Assembly (NCBI GenBank): GCA_035649275.1
Contig: DASRJW010000024.1
Span: 3,759-67,758 of the forward strand
Direction of reading: 5' to 3'
Source of the DNA: Candidatus Krumholzibacteriia bacterium
GTDB taxonomy: Bacteria > Krumholzibacteriota > Krumholzibacteriia > G020349025
DNA length: 64,000 bases
A program made the position numbers and the translations under genes. Under the pieces are notes generated by a model that saw only the letters and a program-made list of their open reading frames with translations, was not told where the DNA came from and searched no databases. This document shows, one piece after another, positions 1-10,334 of this stretch; the stretch's first letter is position 1; the number at the start of each line of letters is the position of its first letter.

Positions 1-1697
1 AGTCCCACTTCCGAACCGCTGGCGAGGAGCAGTAGCTCCGGGGGGCCGCCGGTGGCATCCGTGAGGACATAGCCGCCGCGCTCCACGCCGCCCTCGCCGG
101 CCGCCGCGGGCAGGGAGGCGAGCTTCTGCCGGGTGAGCACGAGAGCCACCGGGCCGCCGCGACGGCGGATGGCGAAGCTCCACGCGGCTGCCGTTTCCGC
201 CGCGTCGGCCGGCCGCAACACCACCAGGTTCGGGATGCAGCGCAGCGCGGTCAGCGTCTCCACGGGCTGGTGCGTCGGGCCGTCTTCACCGAGACCGATC
301 GAATCGTGGGTGAAGACATAGAGCACGTGCAGTCCCATGAGCGCCGCCAGGCGGATGGAAGGGCGCATGTAATCGGAGAAGATGAGGAAGGTGCCGCCAT
401 AGGGGATCACCCCACCGAAGAGAGCCATGCCGTTCAAGACCGCACCCATGCCGTGCTCGCGCACCCCGAAGCGCAGGTTGCGCTCCGCGGGCGCGCTGCG
501 CGAGAAGTTCCCCGAGAGACGGAGCAGCGTGTTGTTCGACGGCGCCAGATCGGCGGAACCGCCGACGAGCTCGGGCAGACGCGGCGCCAGGGCATTCAGC
601 ACCTTGCCCGAAGCCTCGCGCGTCGCCATGGCGGGCTCGGCAGGACCGAAGCGCGGCAGATCTTCCTCCCAGCCCGGGGGCAGCTGGGCGTGGCGGCGCC
701 GTTCGAGCTCCCGCGCCGCTTCGGGGTGGGCGCGGGCGTAGGCCTGCCAGCGTGCTTCCCATTCCGCCTGGAGCTTGGCGCCCCGTTCCCGGCAATGCAG
801 CCACTCAGCCCGGGCTTCCTCGGGGACGTAGAAGGCCTCCGGCCACGGCCAGCCGAGGGCGGCCTTGGTGAGACGCACCTCCTCGGCGCCGAGCGGGGCG
901 CCGTGGGCTTCCGCCGTGTCCTGTTTGTGCGGGCTGCCGTAGCCGATGTGGGTGCGGACGAGCACCAGGGACGGCCGGCTGGTTTCGGCGATGGCGGCAC
1001 GCGTGGCCCGCTCTAGAGCCTCGAGATCGTTGCCGTCCTCGAGGCGCTGCACCTGCCAGCCGTAGGCCTCGAAGCGTCGGGCGACGTCGTCGCTGTAGGC
1101 GAGGCTGGTGGAGCCGTCGATGGTGATGTGGTTGTCGTCGTAGAAGCCCACCAGCCGGCCGAGCCCGAGGTGTCCGGCGAGGGAAGCGGCCTCGTGCGAG
1201 ATGCCTTCCATGAGATCGCCATCGCTGGCGATGAAGAAGATGCGCTGGTCGCAGACCGTGTGTCCGGGCCGGTCGAAGAGCGCCGCCAGGTGCGTGGAAG
1301 CGAGCGCCATGCCGACGGCGTTGCCCAGTCCCTGACCCAGCGGGCCCGTCGTCGTCTCCACACCGGGGGTGAGGCCGTGTTCTGGATGTCCCGGCGTCCG
1401 GCTCTCCCACTGGCGGAACTGGCGCAGGTCGTCGAGGGAAAGGTCGTAGCCCGACAGGTGCAACAACCCATAGAGAAGCATCGAAGCGTGCCCGCAGGAG
1501 AGGACGAAACGATCTCGCCCGGGCCACGCCGGGTCCGCCGGATTGTGGCGCAGGTGGCGCGACCACAGCAGATAGGCAAGGGGGGCCAAGCCCATGGGGG
1601 TGCCGGGATGGCCTGATTTCGCTTGCTCCACCGCGTCCATGGCGAGCACGCGCAGGCTGTTGATGCAGAGCGCATCGAGAGCAGGGGGTGCGGTCAT
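1..1697 (-). CDS. tkt: Transketolase, C-terminally truncated by the window edge (N-terminus [45 protein letters not shown]...)
   Basis: Manual translation of the minus strand from the ATG at 1697..1695 gives the canonical transketolase N-terminus ([19 protein letters not shown] motifs). It is an uninterrupted frame to position 1 and is absent from the ORF track because it has no stop inside the window. Confidence 0.88.
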   Translation of the reverse strand, partial: MTAPPALDALCINSLRVLAMDAVEQAKSGHPGTPMGLAPLAYLLWSRHLRHNPADPAWPGRDRFVLSCGHASMLLYGLLHLSGYDLSLDDLRQFRQWESRTPGHPEHGLTPGVETTTGPLGQGLGNAVGMALASTHLAALFDRPGHTVCDQRIFFIASDGDLMEGISHEAASLAGHLGLGRLVGFYDDNHITIDGSTSLAYSDDVARRFEAYGWQVQRLEDGNDLEALERATRAAIAETSRPSLVLVRTHIGYGSPHKQDTAEAHGAPLGAEEVRLTKAALGWPWPEAFYVPEEARAEWLHCRERGAKLQAEWEARWQAYARAHPEAARELERRRHAQLPPGWEEDLPRFGPAEPAMATREASGKVLNALAPRLPELVGGSADLAPSNNTLLRLSGNFSRSAPAERNLRFGVREHGMGAVLNGMALFGGVIPYGGTFLIFSDYMRPSIRLAALMGLHVLYVFTHDSIGLGEDGPTHQPVETLTALRCIPNLVVLRPADAAETAAAWSFAIRRRGGPVALVLTRQKLASLPAAAGEGGVERGGYVLTDATGGPPELLLLASGSEVG

Positions 1698-2716
1698 GGG
1701 GTGGAAGATAGCCCAGGGCGGCGGGCCAGGGCCAGCCCGAAGAGGTGCTCCGGGTCGGTGTACCACTGCATCAGTTCGAAACCAGTCTCAAGCAACAGCT
1801 CCCGCGCCATGTCGGGGTCGTACTTGACGCTGATCTCGGTGCGGATGAACTCCTCGCGCGCCAGAGCCAGGTCGAGTCGCGCCGCCCCGAGGCGCACCTT
1901 CTGCGCCGAGGTGGCCACCAGGCGCATCTCGATCCAGTGGTGCGCGGGATCGTAGAACGCCAGGTGGCGATAGCACTCCGGGCGGAAGTCGCCCTGGGCC
2001 ACGCGGTTCACCACCTGCAGGATGTTGCGGTTGAACGCCGCCGTGATCCCGCTCGCATCGTTGTACGCCGCTTCCAGCCTGCGTGTGTCTTTGATCAAGT
2101 CGACGCCGAGGAGGAAGGCCTCACCCGGGTGGAGCGCGCGTGCCAGGCTGGCGACGAAATCCCGCGCCGCCCGGGGCTCGAGGTTACCGATGGTGCCGCC
2201 GAGGAAGATGACAAGGCGCCGTCCTCCCACCGGCAGGCGGTGGTCGAGGCGGAGGAAGTCGCCGATGACCCCGTGGACGCGGAGACCGGGATAGCTGGCG
2301 ACGAGAGATTCTGCCGCCTGCCGGACGACCTGGCCGTTGACGTCGAAGGGGACGTAGAGATCGCAGCCCTGGTGACGCCGCATGGCTTCGAGGAGAAGGC
2401 GCGTCTTCGCAGAACTGCCCGAGCCCAGCTCCACGAGCACCGAGCCACCGCTCTGCGCGCACACATCGGCGGCGATTTCCGCCAGCAGAGCTCGCTCTGT
2501 GCGTGTCTGGTAATACTCCGGCAGTGCGGTGATCTGCTCGAAGAGCTCGGCGCCGCGGTCGTCGTAGAAGAATCGCGGTGCGATCTCGCGCGGTGTGCGC
2601 AGCAGACCATCGCGGATTCCCTGCACGAGCTGCGACGGGTCTTCGTCGTCGCCCAGGTCGTCGATGACGATCGAGCTCGTGGTCACGCCGCACCTCCGGT
2701 AGGGAAGAGGCAGCAT
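1694..2716 (-). CDS. egtD: L-histidine N-alpha-methyltransferase EgtD (ergothioneine biosynthesis)
   Basis: Matches EgtD along its length ([64 protein letters not shown]). The ATG at 2716 gives MLPLPYRR... about 46 aa before the FYD motif. The stop overlaps the tkt start (ATGA). Confidence 0.85.
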   Translation of the reverse strand: MLPLPYRRCGVTTSSIVIDDLGDDEDPSQLVQGIRDGLLRTPREIAPRFFYDDRGAELFEQITALPEYYQTRTERALLAEIAADVCAQSGGSVLVELGSGSSAKTRLLLEAMRRHQGCDLYVPFDVNGQVVRQAAESLVASYPGLRVHGVIGDFLRLDHRLPVGGRRLVIFLGGTIGNLEPRAARDFVASLARALHPGEAFLLGVDLIKDTRRLEAAYNDASGITAAFNRNILQVVNRVAQGDFRPECYRHLAFYDPAHHWIEMRLVATSAQKVRLGAARLDLALAREEFIRTEISVKYDPDMARELLLETGFELMQWYTDPEHLFGLALARRPGLSSTP

Positions 2717-2858
2717 ACCAGGGGCGGCGGAGAGACCAGCGGCCGGATGCACGGGATCGCGCCCACGAGGTTCCCGGAAGCCGGCGTGCGGACACTCCAC
2801 ATCGCGCGCAGCCCCGCGCGGAAGCAGGCGCAGCCCGCTTCCCGTCCGTCCCGGAGCT

Positions 2859-2874
2859 TGTGAAAAAAATCACG
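2859..2874. promoter_or_regulatory. CRP/FNR-family-type palindrome TGTGA-aaaaaa-TCACg in the egtD/actA divergent intergenic region
   Basis: Read directly: TGTGA (2859-2863), 6-nt A spacer, TCACG (2870-2874), which is 9 of 10 matches to TGTGA-N6-TCACA. It lies 31 bp upstream of the -10 element of the putative act promoter. Confidence 0.4.
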
Positions 2875-2881
2875 AAGTCCC

Positions 2882-2910
2882 TTGCGGTCTACCCACCCCT
2901 CGGCTATGGT
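2882..2910 (+). promoter_or_regulatory. Sigma70-like promoter TTGCGG-N17-TATGGT upstream of actA
   Basis: -35 TTGCGG (2882-2887), 17-nt spacer, -10 TATGGT (2905-2910), about 36 nt upstream of the actA ATG at 2946. Confidence 0.4.
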
Positions 2911-2945
2911 GAGCCGCGGTTTTCAACGCCAAGGCGCGCGGAAGC

Positions 2946-3596
2946 ATGTCCCAGCTCTTCCACCACAGCACCAACACGCTCGCACGGGTCTCCATTTTCG
3001 GCGCTGTCTTCCTCGTCGCCGGGTTCTTCGGGGTGGTGACGTTGCTCGACCGCTCGACCTATTTCACCCGCCAGACCGAGGTGCTGCGCCAGCCCGTCCC
3101 CTTCAGTCACGATCACCATGTTGGCGCCATCGGCATCGATTGCCGTTATTGCCATACGTCGGTGGAGACCGCCGCCTTCGCCGGCGTACCCCCCACAGCG
3201 ACGTGCATGAACTGCCATTCCCAGATCTGGGCGGACAGCCCGATGCTGCAGCCCGTGCGCGACAGCTTCCGCACCGGCGAGCCGTTGCGCTGGGCCCGGG
3301 TGAACGACTTGCCTGACTTCGTCTACTTCGACCACAGCATCCACATCGCCAAGGGGATCGGCTGCGCCGAGTGCCACGGCCGCATGGATCGCATGCCGCT
3401 CACCCACGCCGCCAGCCCGCTGCAGATGCGCTGGTGTCTCGACTGCCACCGGCATCCTGGCGACCGCGTTCGCCCGCGGGCCGAGGTCTTCAACACCAAG
3501 TGGGAGGCCCCGCCGGGGGCGGCGGCGCTGCGCGCCGATCTGGCCAAGCGATATCAGGTGACCAGTATGACGGATTGCTCCACATGTCATCGCTAG
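2946..3596 (+). CDS. actA: Alternative Complex III subunit ActA, pentaheme cytochrome c
   Basis: Five CxxCH motifs (CRYCH, CMNCH, CAECH, CLDCH, CSTCH), an N-terminal membrane anchor, and first position in an act operon. Confidence 0.85.
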   Translation: MSQLFHHSTNTLARVSIFGAVFLVAGFFGVVTLLDRSTYFTRQTEVLRQPVPFSHDHHVGAIGIDCRYCHTSVETAAFAGVPPTATCMNCHSQIWADSPMLQPVRDSFRTGEPLRWARVNDLPDFVYFDHSIHIAKGIGCAECHGRMDRMPLTHAASPLQMRWCLDCHRHPGDRVRPRAEVFNTKWEAPPGAAALRADLAKRYQVTSMTDCSTCHR

Positions 3597-3606
3597 GGGT
3601 TGCCGC

Positions 3607-6600
3607 GTGAGCGCTGGAGAGACGACGAACATCCTGCGCCACTGGCGCAGTCTCGAAGAGCGGGAGGCCGGCGCCGCCGTCCCGAGCCAACGGCCCGAGT
3701 TCGCGCCGGGGGACGAACTCTTGCCCGACAGTCTCGACCGACGGCGTTTCCTGCAACTCATGGGCGCCTCCTTCGCTCTGGCGGGACTGGGGGCGTGCAC
3801 CCGCCAGCCGGTCGAGTCCATCGTCCCCTACGCGCGTCCGCCCGAGGAGGTCATCCCCGGGAAGCCCCTCTACTTCGCTACCGCTCTCACCCTGGGCGGT
3901 TACGCAACCGGTGTCCTGGTGGAAAGCCACATGGGACGGCCGACCAAGGTCGAGGGCAACCCGGAGCATCCGGCGAGCCTGGGGGCGACGGACCGCTTCT
4001 GCCAGGCGACGCTGCTCGACCTCTACGACCCGGATCGCTCCCGCGCCGCGTTGCACCTGCAACGCATTCGCAGCTGGGAAGCGTGGGTGCAAACTCTGGA
4101 ACCGGCGCTCGAGGCGCAAGTGGCGCTGCAAGGCGCCGGCTTGCGCATCCTGAGCGGCAGCAGCAGCTCGCCGACGCTGGCGGCGCAGATGCAACGCCTC
4201 AAGGCGCGTTTCCCCCAGGCGCGCTGGCACCGCTACGAGCCGGTATCGCGCGACGGCCTGCGCAGCGCCACCCTCGCTGGCTTCGGCAAGTACGTCGAGG
4301 TGCGCTACGACTTCTCCCAAGCCGATGTCGTCGTCGCCCTCGACTCGGACTTCCTGGTGAGCGGCCCGGGCTGCGTGCGCGCCGCCCACGACTTCATGAG
4401 CCGCCGGCGCGTGCGCGACGGCCAGTACGGCATGAACCGCCTCTACGCCGTGGAGAGCACCCCGAGCGCGACGGGAGCCGTCGCCGATCACCGCTTGTCG
4501 CTGGCGCCGGATCTCCTGCTCGGCTTCGCCTTCGGTCTGGGCTTCGAGTGCGGCGTCATCGGCACCGGTCAGGTCGGCCCCTTCGCTTCCGGCGACCTGC
4601 ACCACTGGTTGAACCGGGTCGGCGTGGACCTGCGCGAGCACGCCGGGCGCAGCATCGTGATCGCCGGCGACGAGACCTCGGCGGAGCTGCAGACGCTGGC
4701 GCTCGCCATGAACTACTACCTGGGCAACCTTGGCCGGACGGTGCTTGTGAGCGAGCCGGTCGAGGTGGAGCCGGTGAGCCACGTGGGTTCGCTCCGCGAT
4801 CTGGTGCAAGACATGCGTGCCGGACGCGTGGAGATCCTGCTCATCCTGGGCGGCAACCCGGTGTACGACGCCCCGGCGGACTTCGCCTTCGCCGCCGCGA
4901 TGGAGAAGGTGCCCTTGCGGGCGCACCTGTCCCTGAACGAGGACGAGACCTCGGAGCTGTGTCACTGGCATCTGCCCATGGCCCATGAGCTCGAAACCTG
5001 GGGCGACGCCCGTGCCTTCGATGGCACGGTGACGGTGCAGCAGCCGCTCATCGACCCACTGTACGGCGGCAAATCCGTGCACGAGCTCCTCGCCGTCGTC
5101 ACCGGCGAGAGCGAGCGCAAGGGGATCGACATCGTGCGCCGCACCTGGAAAGAGCGCCTCGGGGCCGTGGACTTCGAACCGGCCTGGAGGCGGATCCTGC
5201 ACGATGGCATCGTCCCCGGCTCGGCATGGCCACCACAGACTTACGTTTTCCAAAGCGATTGGGTGACGCAGTTCTGTCTCGCTCTGGTGCGTGAACTCAT
5301 CCCGCGGTTGGAGCGCAAGGACGCCGGCATCGATCTGGTCTTCCGCGCCGATCCGTCGTTGCACGACGGGCGCTTCGCCAACAACGGCTGGCTGCAGGAG
5401 CTGCCGAAGCCCTGGACACGGCTCACCTGGGACAATGCGGCCATCCTGGGACCCAAGATGGCGGCCGATCTGAGCCTGAAGCCGGAAGACGTGGTGGAGC
5501 TCGAGTTGCGCGACACGATCGTACGCGCCCCGGTCTGGGTGCTGCCCGGGCAGCCGGACGGCGTGGTCACGGTGCACCTGGGTTACGGTCGGCGCCGCGT
5601 GGGCCGGGTGGGCAAAGGCACCGGCTTCGACGCCTACCCGCTGCGCACGAGTGCCGGGCTCGATCGCGCCGGCGGCCTCCGGCTGCGCCGCACCGGCGAG
5701 CGCTGGGAGCTCGCCTCGACGCAGGTGCAGCGCACCATGGAGGGACGGAACCTGGCCCGGCAGGGAACGCTGCTGGAGTTCCGCTCCCACCCGGAGTTCG
5801 CCCGGGAAGCGGCGCACGGGGCGCCGCCGACGGAGTCGCTCTACCCGGGCTACGCCTACACCGGCCACGCCTGGGGCATGGTGGTGGACCTGGGGGCGTG
5901 CATCGGCTGCAACGCCTGCGTCATGGCGTGCAACGCCGAGAACAACATCCCCGTGGTCGGCAAGGCACAGGTGCATAACGGGCGCGAGATGCACTGGATC
6001 CGCATCGACCGCTACTTCGAGGGCGACCCGGAGAACCCCCAGGTGGTGCAGCAACCGGTCCTGTGCATGCATTGCGAGAACGCCCCTTGCGAGCCCGTCT
6101 GCCCGGTGGGCGCGACGATGCACGGCAAGGAAGGCCTGAACGAGATGGTCTACAACCGCTGCGTCGGCACGCGGTACTGCGCCAACAACTGCCCGTACAA
6201 GGTGCGGCGCTTCAACTTCTACCAGTACAACGACCGGGACACCGAAGTCCTGAAGATGCTCCGCAACCCGGACGTCACCGTGCGCACCCGCGGGGTGATG
6301 GAGAAGTGCACCTATTGCGTCCAGCGCATCAACCAGGCGCGGATCCAGGCGAAGAAGGAAGAGCGCTCCCTCAAGGACGGCGAGATCATCACCGCCTGCC
6401 AACAGGTGTGCCCGACGGACGCTCTGATCTTCGGTGACATCAACGACGCTGGCTCCAAGGTGGCGAAGCTGCGGCAGCAGCCGCTGCACTACGGCATCCT
6501 CGAGGAGCTGAACACGCGACCAAGAACCACCTACTTGGCCCGGGTCACGAACCCGAACCCGGAGAGCGGCGCGCCCCCCGAGCCGCGACACGGAGGACCG

Positions 6601-6612
6601 CGTGGCCACTGA
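3607..6612 (+). CDS. actB: Alternative Complex III subunit ActB (fused molybdopterin-oxidoreductase-like B1 plus 4Fe-4S ferredoxin-like B2), with a Tat signal
   Basis: Tat motif RRRFLQLMGASFALAGLGAC. C-terminal FeS cysteine clusters (CIGCNACVMAC, CMHCENAPCEPVCP, CVGTRYCANNCPYKVRRFN, CTYCVQRINQ). 1001 aa. Confidence 0.85.
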   Translation: MSAGETTNILRHWRSLEEREAGAAVPSQRPEFAPGDELLPDSLDRRRFLQLMGASFALAGLGACTRQPVESIVPYARPPEEVIPGKPLYFATALTLGGYATGVLVESHMGRPTKVEGNPEHPASLGATDRFCQATLLDLYDPDRSRAALHLQRIRSWEAWVQTLEPALEAQVALQGAGLRILSGSSSSPTLAAQMQRLKARFPQARWHRYEPVSRDGLRSATLAGFGKYVEVRYDFSQADVVVALDSDFLVSGPGCVRAAHDFMSRRRVRDGQYGMNRLYAVESTPSATGAVADHRLSLAPDLLLGFAFGLGFECGVIGTGQVGPFASGDLHHWLNRVGVDLREHAGRSIVIAGDETSAELQTLALAMNYYLGNLGRTVLVSEPVEVEPVSHVGSLRDLVQDMRAGRVEILLILGGNPVYDAPADFAFAAAMEKVPLRAHLSLNEDETSELCHWHLPMAHELETWGDARAFDGTVTVQQPLIDPLYGGKSVHELLAVVTGESERKGIDIVRRTWKERLGAVDFEPAWRRILHDGIVPGSAWPPQTYVFQSDWVTQFCLALVRELIPRLERKDAGIDLVFRADPSLHDGRFANNGWLQELPKPWTRLTWDNAAILGPKMAADLSLKPEDVVELELRDTIVRAPVWVLPGQPDGVVTVHLGYGRRRVGRVGKGTGFDAYPLRTSAGLDRAGGLRLRRTGERWELASTQVQRTMEGRNLARQGTLLEFRSHPEFAREAAHGAPPTESLYPGYAYTGHAWGMVVDLGACIGCNACVMACNAENNIPVVGKAQVHNGREMHWIRIDRYFEGDPENPQVVQQPVLCMHCENAPCEPVCPVGATMHGKEGLNEMVYNRCVGTRYCANNCPYKVRRFNFYQYNDRDTEVLKMLRNPDVTVRTRGVMEKCTYCVQRINQARIQAKKEERSLKDGEIITACQQVCPTDALIFGDINDAGSKVAKLRQQPLHYGILEELNTRPRTTYLARVTNPNPESGAPPEPRHGGPRGH

Positions 6613-7978
6613 ACCCCTGTCGTCGCGGTCCATGGCGCCGACGGTCATCGCTCCGGGCCACACCGCTGCCACGGTGACCGACAAGATCGCCGCCGTGGTC
6701 CTGCAGCGGACGCCGCTCTGGTTCTATCCGGCGTTCGGAGCGGCCTTCATGCTGCTCATGACCTTGCTCTACGCCATCACCTACCTCTTCGCCAAGGGCG
6801 TCGGCATCTGGGGCGTCAACAACCCGGTGGGCTGGGGCTTCGCCATCATCAACTTCGTCTGGTGGATCGGGATCGGTCACGCCGGCACGCTGATCTCGGC
6901 GATCCTCCTCCTCATGCGCCAGAAGTGGCGCACTTCGATCAATCGCTTCGCCGAGGCCATGACCCTCTTCGCCGTGGCTTGCGCCGGCTTGTTCCCCATC
7001 CTGCACCTGGGGCGCCCTTGGCTCGCCTACTGGCTCTTCCCCTACCCGAACACCATGTGGGTGTGGCCGCAGTTCCGCAGCCCGCTGATCTGGGACGTCT
7101 TCGCCATCTCCACCTACATGCTGGTGTCGCTCATGTTCTGGTACGTCGGGCTGATTCCGGATGTGGCGACGCTGCGCGATCGCACGAAAAACAAGATCGG
7201 CCAGATCGTCTACGGCATGATGGCCATGGGCTGGCGCGGCTCGGCGAAGCACTGGCACCACCACGACACCGCTTGCATCCTGCTGGCGGCGCTGGCCACG
7301 CCGCTGGTGGTGTCGGTGCACTCGGTGGTGAGCTTCGACTTCGCCGCCGGCATCATTCCCGGCTGGCACACCACGCTCTTCCCGCCCTACTTCGTGGCCG
7401 GCGCCATCTTCGCCGGCTTCGCCATGGTGATCACGCTCTGCATTCCGCTGCGCGCCGCTTTCGGCCTGCACGACTTCATCACCGAGTGGCACGTGCGCAA
7501 CATGGCCAAGGTCATGCTGGCCACGGGCCTCATCGTCAACTACGGCTACGGCATCGAGCTCTTCATCGCCTGGTATAGCGGCAGCCCCTACGAGACCTTC
7601 ATGCTCAGCAACAGGATCGGCGGGCCGTACCGCTTCATCTGGTACGCCCTCATCCTCTGCAACGTGGTGGCGACGCAGTTCCTCTGGTCGGCGAAGGTGC
7701 GTTCCTCCGCCGTCGCCCTCTGGGTGGTAGCCATGTTCATCAACGTGGGGATGTGGCTCGAACGTTTCGTCATCGTCGTCACCAGCTTGCACCGGGACTT
7801 CATGCCCTCCGCCTGGGGCATGTATTACCCCACCAAGTTCGACTGGATGACCTTCCTGGGCAGCATCGGTCTGTTCCTCTCCCTCATGTTCCTCTTCGTC
7901 CGGCTCCTGCCGATGATCTCGATCTTCGAGATCCGCGGCATCCTGCCCAAGACACGGGCAGGGGAAAGGAGCGCCTGA
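6602..7978 (+). CDS. actC: Alternative Complex III subunit ActC (NrfD/PsrC-like polytopic membrane quinol-binding subunit)
   Basis: Highly hydrophobic multi-TM protein (WWIGIGHAGTLISAILLLM, LFPYPNTMWVWPQF) in the expected operon position. Confidence 0.8.
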   Translation: MATEPLSSRSMAPTVIAPGHTAATVTDKIAAVVLQRTPLWFYPAFGAAFMLLMTLLYAITYLFAKGVGIWGVNNPVGWGFAIINFVWWIGIGHAGTLISAILLLMRQKWRTSINRFAEAMTLFAVACAGLFPILHLGRPWLAYWLFPYPNTMWVWPQFRSPLIWDVFAISTYMLVSLMFWYVGLIPDVATLRDRTKNKIGQIVYGMMAMGWRGSAKHWHHHDTACILLAALATPLVVSVHSVVSFDFAAGIIPGWHTTLFPPYFVAGAIFAGFAMVITLCIPLRAAFGLHDFITEWHVRNMAKVMLATGLIVNYGYGIELFIAWYSGSPYETFMLSNRIGGPYRFIWYALILCNVVATQFLWSAKVRSSAVALWVVAMFINVGMWLERFVIVVTSLHRDFMPSAWGMYYPTKFDWMTFLGSIGLFLSLMFLFVRLLPMISIFEIRGILPKTRAGERSA

Positions 7979-8523
7979 TGCAAGTGCACCGCCAGCCCCT
8001 GCATGGCGTCATGGCCGAGTTCGATCACTCGGACAGGTTGATCGCCGCGGTGAAGGCGGTGCGGTCCCAGGGCTACACACAGCTGGACGCCTACACCCCC
8101 TATCCCATCGAGGCTCTGCACCATGCCCTCGGCCACCACCATTCGCCGTTGCCGCGCATGGTGCTGGCCGGCGGCATCACCGGCGCTCTCGGTGGCTTCC
8201 TACTGCAGACCTGGACCAGCACCGTGGCCCTGCCGCTCAACGTCGGCGGCAAGCCCTTCTTCAGCTGGCCGGCCTTCATCCCCGTCACCTTCGAGTGCAC
8301 GATTCTCTTGGCGTCGTTAACCGCCGTCTTGGGGATGCTGGCGCTCTCCGGTTTGCCCCGGCCGCACCACCCGGTGTTCAACGTCGAGCGCTTCGCCATG
8401 GCGAGCCGGGACCGCTATTTCCTCTGCATCGAAGCTGGCGATCCTCTCTTCGACGTCGACAAGACGTGCCAGTTCCTCTGGACCCTGGAGCCGACGCATG
8501 TGGCCGAAGTCGCCGAAACCTGA
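7978..8523 (+). CDS. actD: Alternative Complex III subunit ActD
   Basis: The ATG at 7978 overlaps the actC stop (ATGA). About 180-aa protein with two TM helices and operon context. The track ORF 7753..8523 carries a spurious N-terminal extension. Confidence 0.7.
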   Translation: MQVHRQPLHGVMAEFDHSDRLIAAVKAVRSQGYTQLDAYTPYPIEALHHALGHHHSPLPRMVLAGGITGALGGFLLQTWTSTVALPLNVGGKPFFSWPAFIPVTFECTILLASLTAVLGMLALSGLPRPHHPVFNVERFAMASRDRYFLCIEAGDPLFDVDKTCQFLWTLEPTHVAEVAET

Positions 8524-9142
8524 AAGCCGCGCCGCCGCCCTGGTCGTGGCGCTGCTGGCGCTTCCGGGCTGCATCCGGCTCGACATGTACAACCAGCCGC
8601 GCTACGAGCCGCTGGAGGCGAGCCGGTTCTATGCCGACGGGCGCTCCGCCCGGCAGCTTCCTGCCGGCACGGTGGCCCGGGGCACGCTGCTCGAGGATCG
8701 GGCCTACGCCACCGGCACGGTGAACGACTCGACCTTCGCCACCGAGCTGCCGTTCGCGCTGACGCCGGAGCTCCTGCAGCGCGGCCGCGAGCGCTACGGC
8801 ATCTTCTGCTCCGTCTGTCACGACGGCACCGGGTCCGGGCGCGGCATGGTGGTGCGGCGCGGCTACAAGCAGCCGCCGTCCTTCCACATCGAGCGGCTGC
8901 AGCAACAGCCGGCGGGCTATTTCTTCGACGTCATCAGCCGCGGTTTCTCCACCATGCCCAGCTACGCCGCTTCCATCCCCATCGCCGATCGCTGGGCCAT
9001 CGTGGCTTACCTGCGAGCGCTGCAGCTGTCGCAGCAGGTCGCGGTGCGCAACTTGCCGGAGCCGTGGCGGGGCGAGATCGAAGCCGCGGCGAATCAGGCA
9101 GCCGCAGGGAAGAAGGAGCCAGCAGGCCATGAGCATAGGTGA
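8498..9142 (+). CDS. actE: Alternative Complex III subunit ActE, monoheme cytochrome c lipoprotein
   Basis: Lipobox LLALPGC, a single CSVCH heme motif, and operon position. Confidence 0.8.
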   Translation: MWPKSPKPESRAAALVVALLALPGCIRLDMYNQPRYEPLEASRFYADGRSARQLPAGTVARGTLLEDRAYATGTVNDSTFATELPFALTPELLQRGRERYGIFCSVCHDGTGSGRGMVVRRGYKQPPSFHIERLQQQPAGYFFDVISRGFSTMPSYAASIPIADRWAIVAYLRALQLSQQVAVRNLPEPWRGEIEAAANQAAAGKKEPAGHEHR

Positions 9143-10334
9143 CGCGCCTTCGCTGGCGGTGCTGCGCGCCGCGGCCGTGCCGGCCGGCTGGACGCAAGAC
9201 CTGCGCAAGCGGGCCCTGTGGTTCGCCATCCCGGCCGCGGTAGCCTCGGTGGCCGGCGCCATCGTCGCACCCCAGGCCTTCTACCGCGCCTACCTCACCG
9301 GCTTCGTCTTCTGGCTCGGCGTGCCCCTGGGCTGCCTGGGGCTCCTGCTCCTCACCCACATGACCGGCGGCAGCTGGGCTCTGATCATGCGGCGGCTCCT
9401 GGAGGCGGCGACGCGCACCCTGCCCCTTCTGGTGCTCCTCTTCGTCCCCGTGCTGCTCGGCCTGCGAACGCTGTACTCCTGGACCGACGCCGAGAAGGTG
9501 GCGGCGAGCGCCATCCTGCAGCACAAAGCGCCGTACCTGAACTTGCCGTTCTTTCTGCTCCGCACCGCCCTCTACTTCCTGATCTGGGGGCTCTTCGCCT
9601 TCGTGCTCAACCGCTGGTCGCTGGAGCAGGATCGGACCGGGGCCTCGACGCTGCCACGGCGACTGCAGGGTGCCGGCGGTGTCGGCTTGCTCGTCTTCAT
9701 GCTGGCCGGGAGCTTTGCCAGCTTCGACTGGCTCATGTCCCTCGACCCGCTGTGGTTCTCCAGCATCTACGGCATGCACTTCGTCGTCGGCCAAGCGGCC
9801 TCCGGCCTCTGCTTCGCCATCCTGGTGGCTCGCTCGCTCGGGCGCTCGCAGCCCTTGGACCGGGTCTACGCCCCGCGGCACCTGGACGACTACGGCAAGC
9901 TCTTGCTCGCCTTCATCCTCCTCTGGGGCTACATGACCTACTCGCAGTACCTGATCATCTGGTCCGGCAACCTCCCGGAGGAAATCACCTTCTATGTGCG
10001 CCGGCACGCCGGGGGCTACATGGTGCTGAGCTTCGTCATCGCCGCCCTGCACTTCGCCCTCCCTTTCTTCCTGCTCTTGTCCAAGAGCATCCGCAGCAAT
10101 CCCCAGCGCCTGGTGTGGGCGGCGGTTCCCGTCTTCGTCGGCCACTGGCTCGATCTGGTCTGGCAGGTGGCGCCATCGCTGGATCCGGAGGGACCGGCGC
10201 TGCACTGGCTCGATCCGGTGGTGACGCTCGCCATCGGCAGCGTCTGGCTCGTCGCCTTCGCCTGGCAGCTGCCGCGACGCGCACTTCTGCCGCAGAAGGA
10301 CGCACACCTGGAGGAGGCCTTGGCGGATGAGTGA
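9129..10334 (+). CDS. actF: Alternative Complex III subunit ActF (second NrfD-like membrane subunit)
   Basis: Polytopic membrane protein paralogous in character to ActC, in operon position. Confidence 0.75.
   Translation: MSIGDAPSLAVLRAAAVPAGWTQDLRKRALWFAIPAAVASVAGAIVAPQAFYRAYLTGFVFWLGVPLGCLGLLLLTHMTGGSWALIMRRLLEAATRTLPLLVLLFVPVLLGLRTLYSWTDAEKVAASAILQHKAPYLNLPFFLLRTALYFLIWGLFAFVLNRWSLEQDRTGASTLPRRLQGAGGVGLLVFMLAGSFASFDWLMSLDPLWFSSIYGMHFVVGQAASGLCFAILVARSLGRSQPLDRVYAPRHLDDYGKLLLAFILLWGYMTYSQYLIIWSGNLPEEITFYVRRHAGGYMVLSFVIAALHFALPFFLLLSKSIRSNPQRLVWAAVPVFVGHWLDLVWQVAPSLDPEGPALHWLDPVVTLAIGSVWLVAFAWQLPRRALLPQKDAHLEEALADE

Noticed and set aside
270-1675. Several overlapping ORFs (270..1016 +, 805..1566 -, 1013..1675 -)
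   Set aside because: All overlap the manually recovered transketolase frame and have biased Arg/Pro/Ser composition with no motifs.
3490-6684. 1064-aa ORF antisense to actB
   Set aside because: It is Arg/Ala/Gly/His-rich with low complexity and lies entirely antisense to a gene with strong family signatures. This is typical of high-GC frame artefacts.
6545-7792. 415-aa ORF antisense to actC
   Set aside because: Asp/Glu/Gly/His-biased with no motifs; it overlaps a clear membrane subunit gene.
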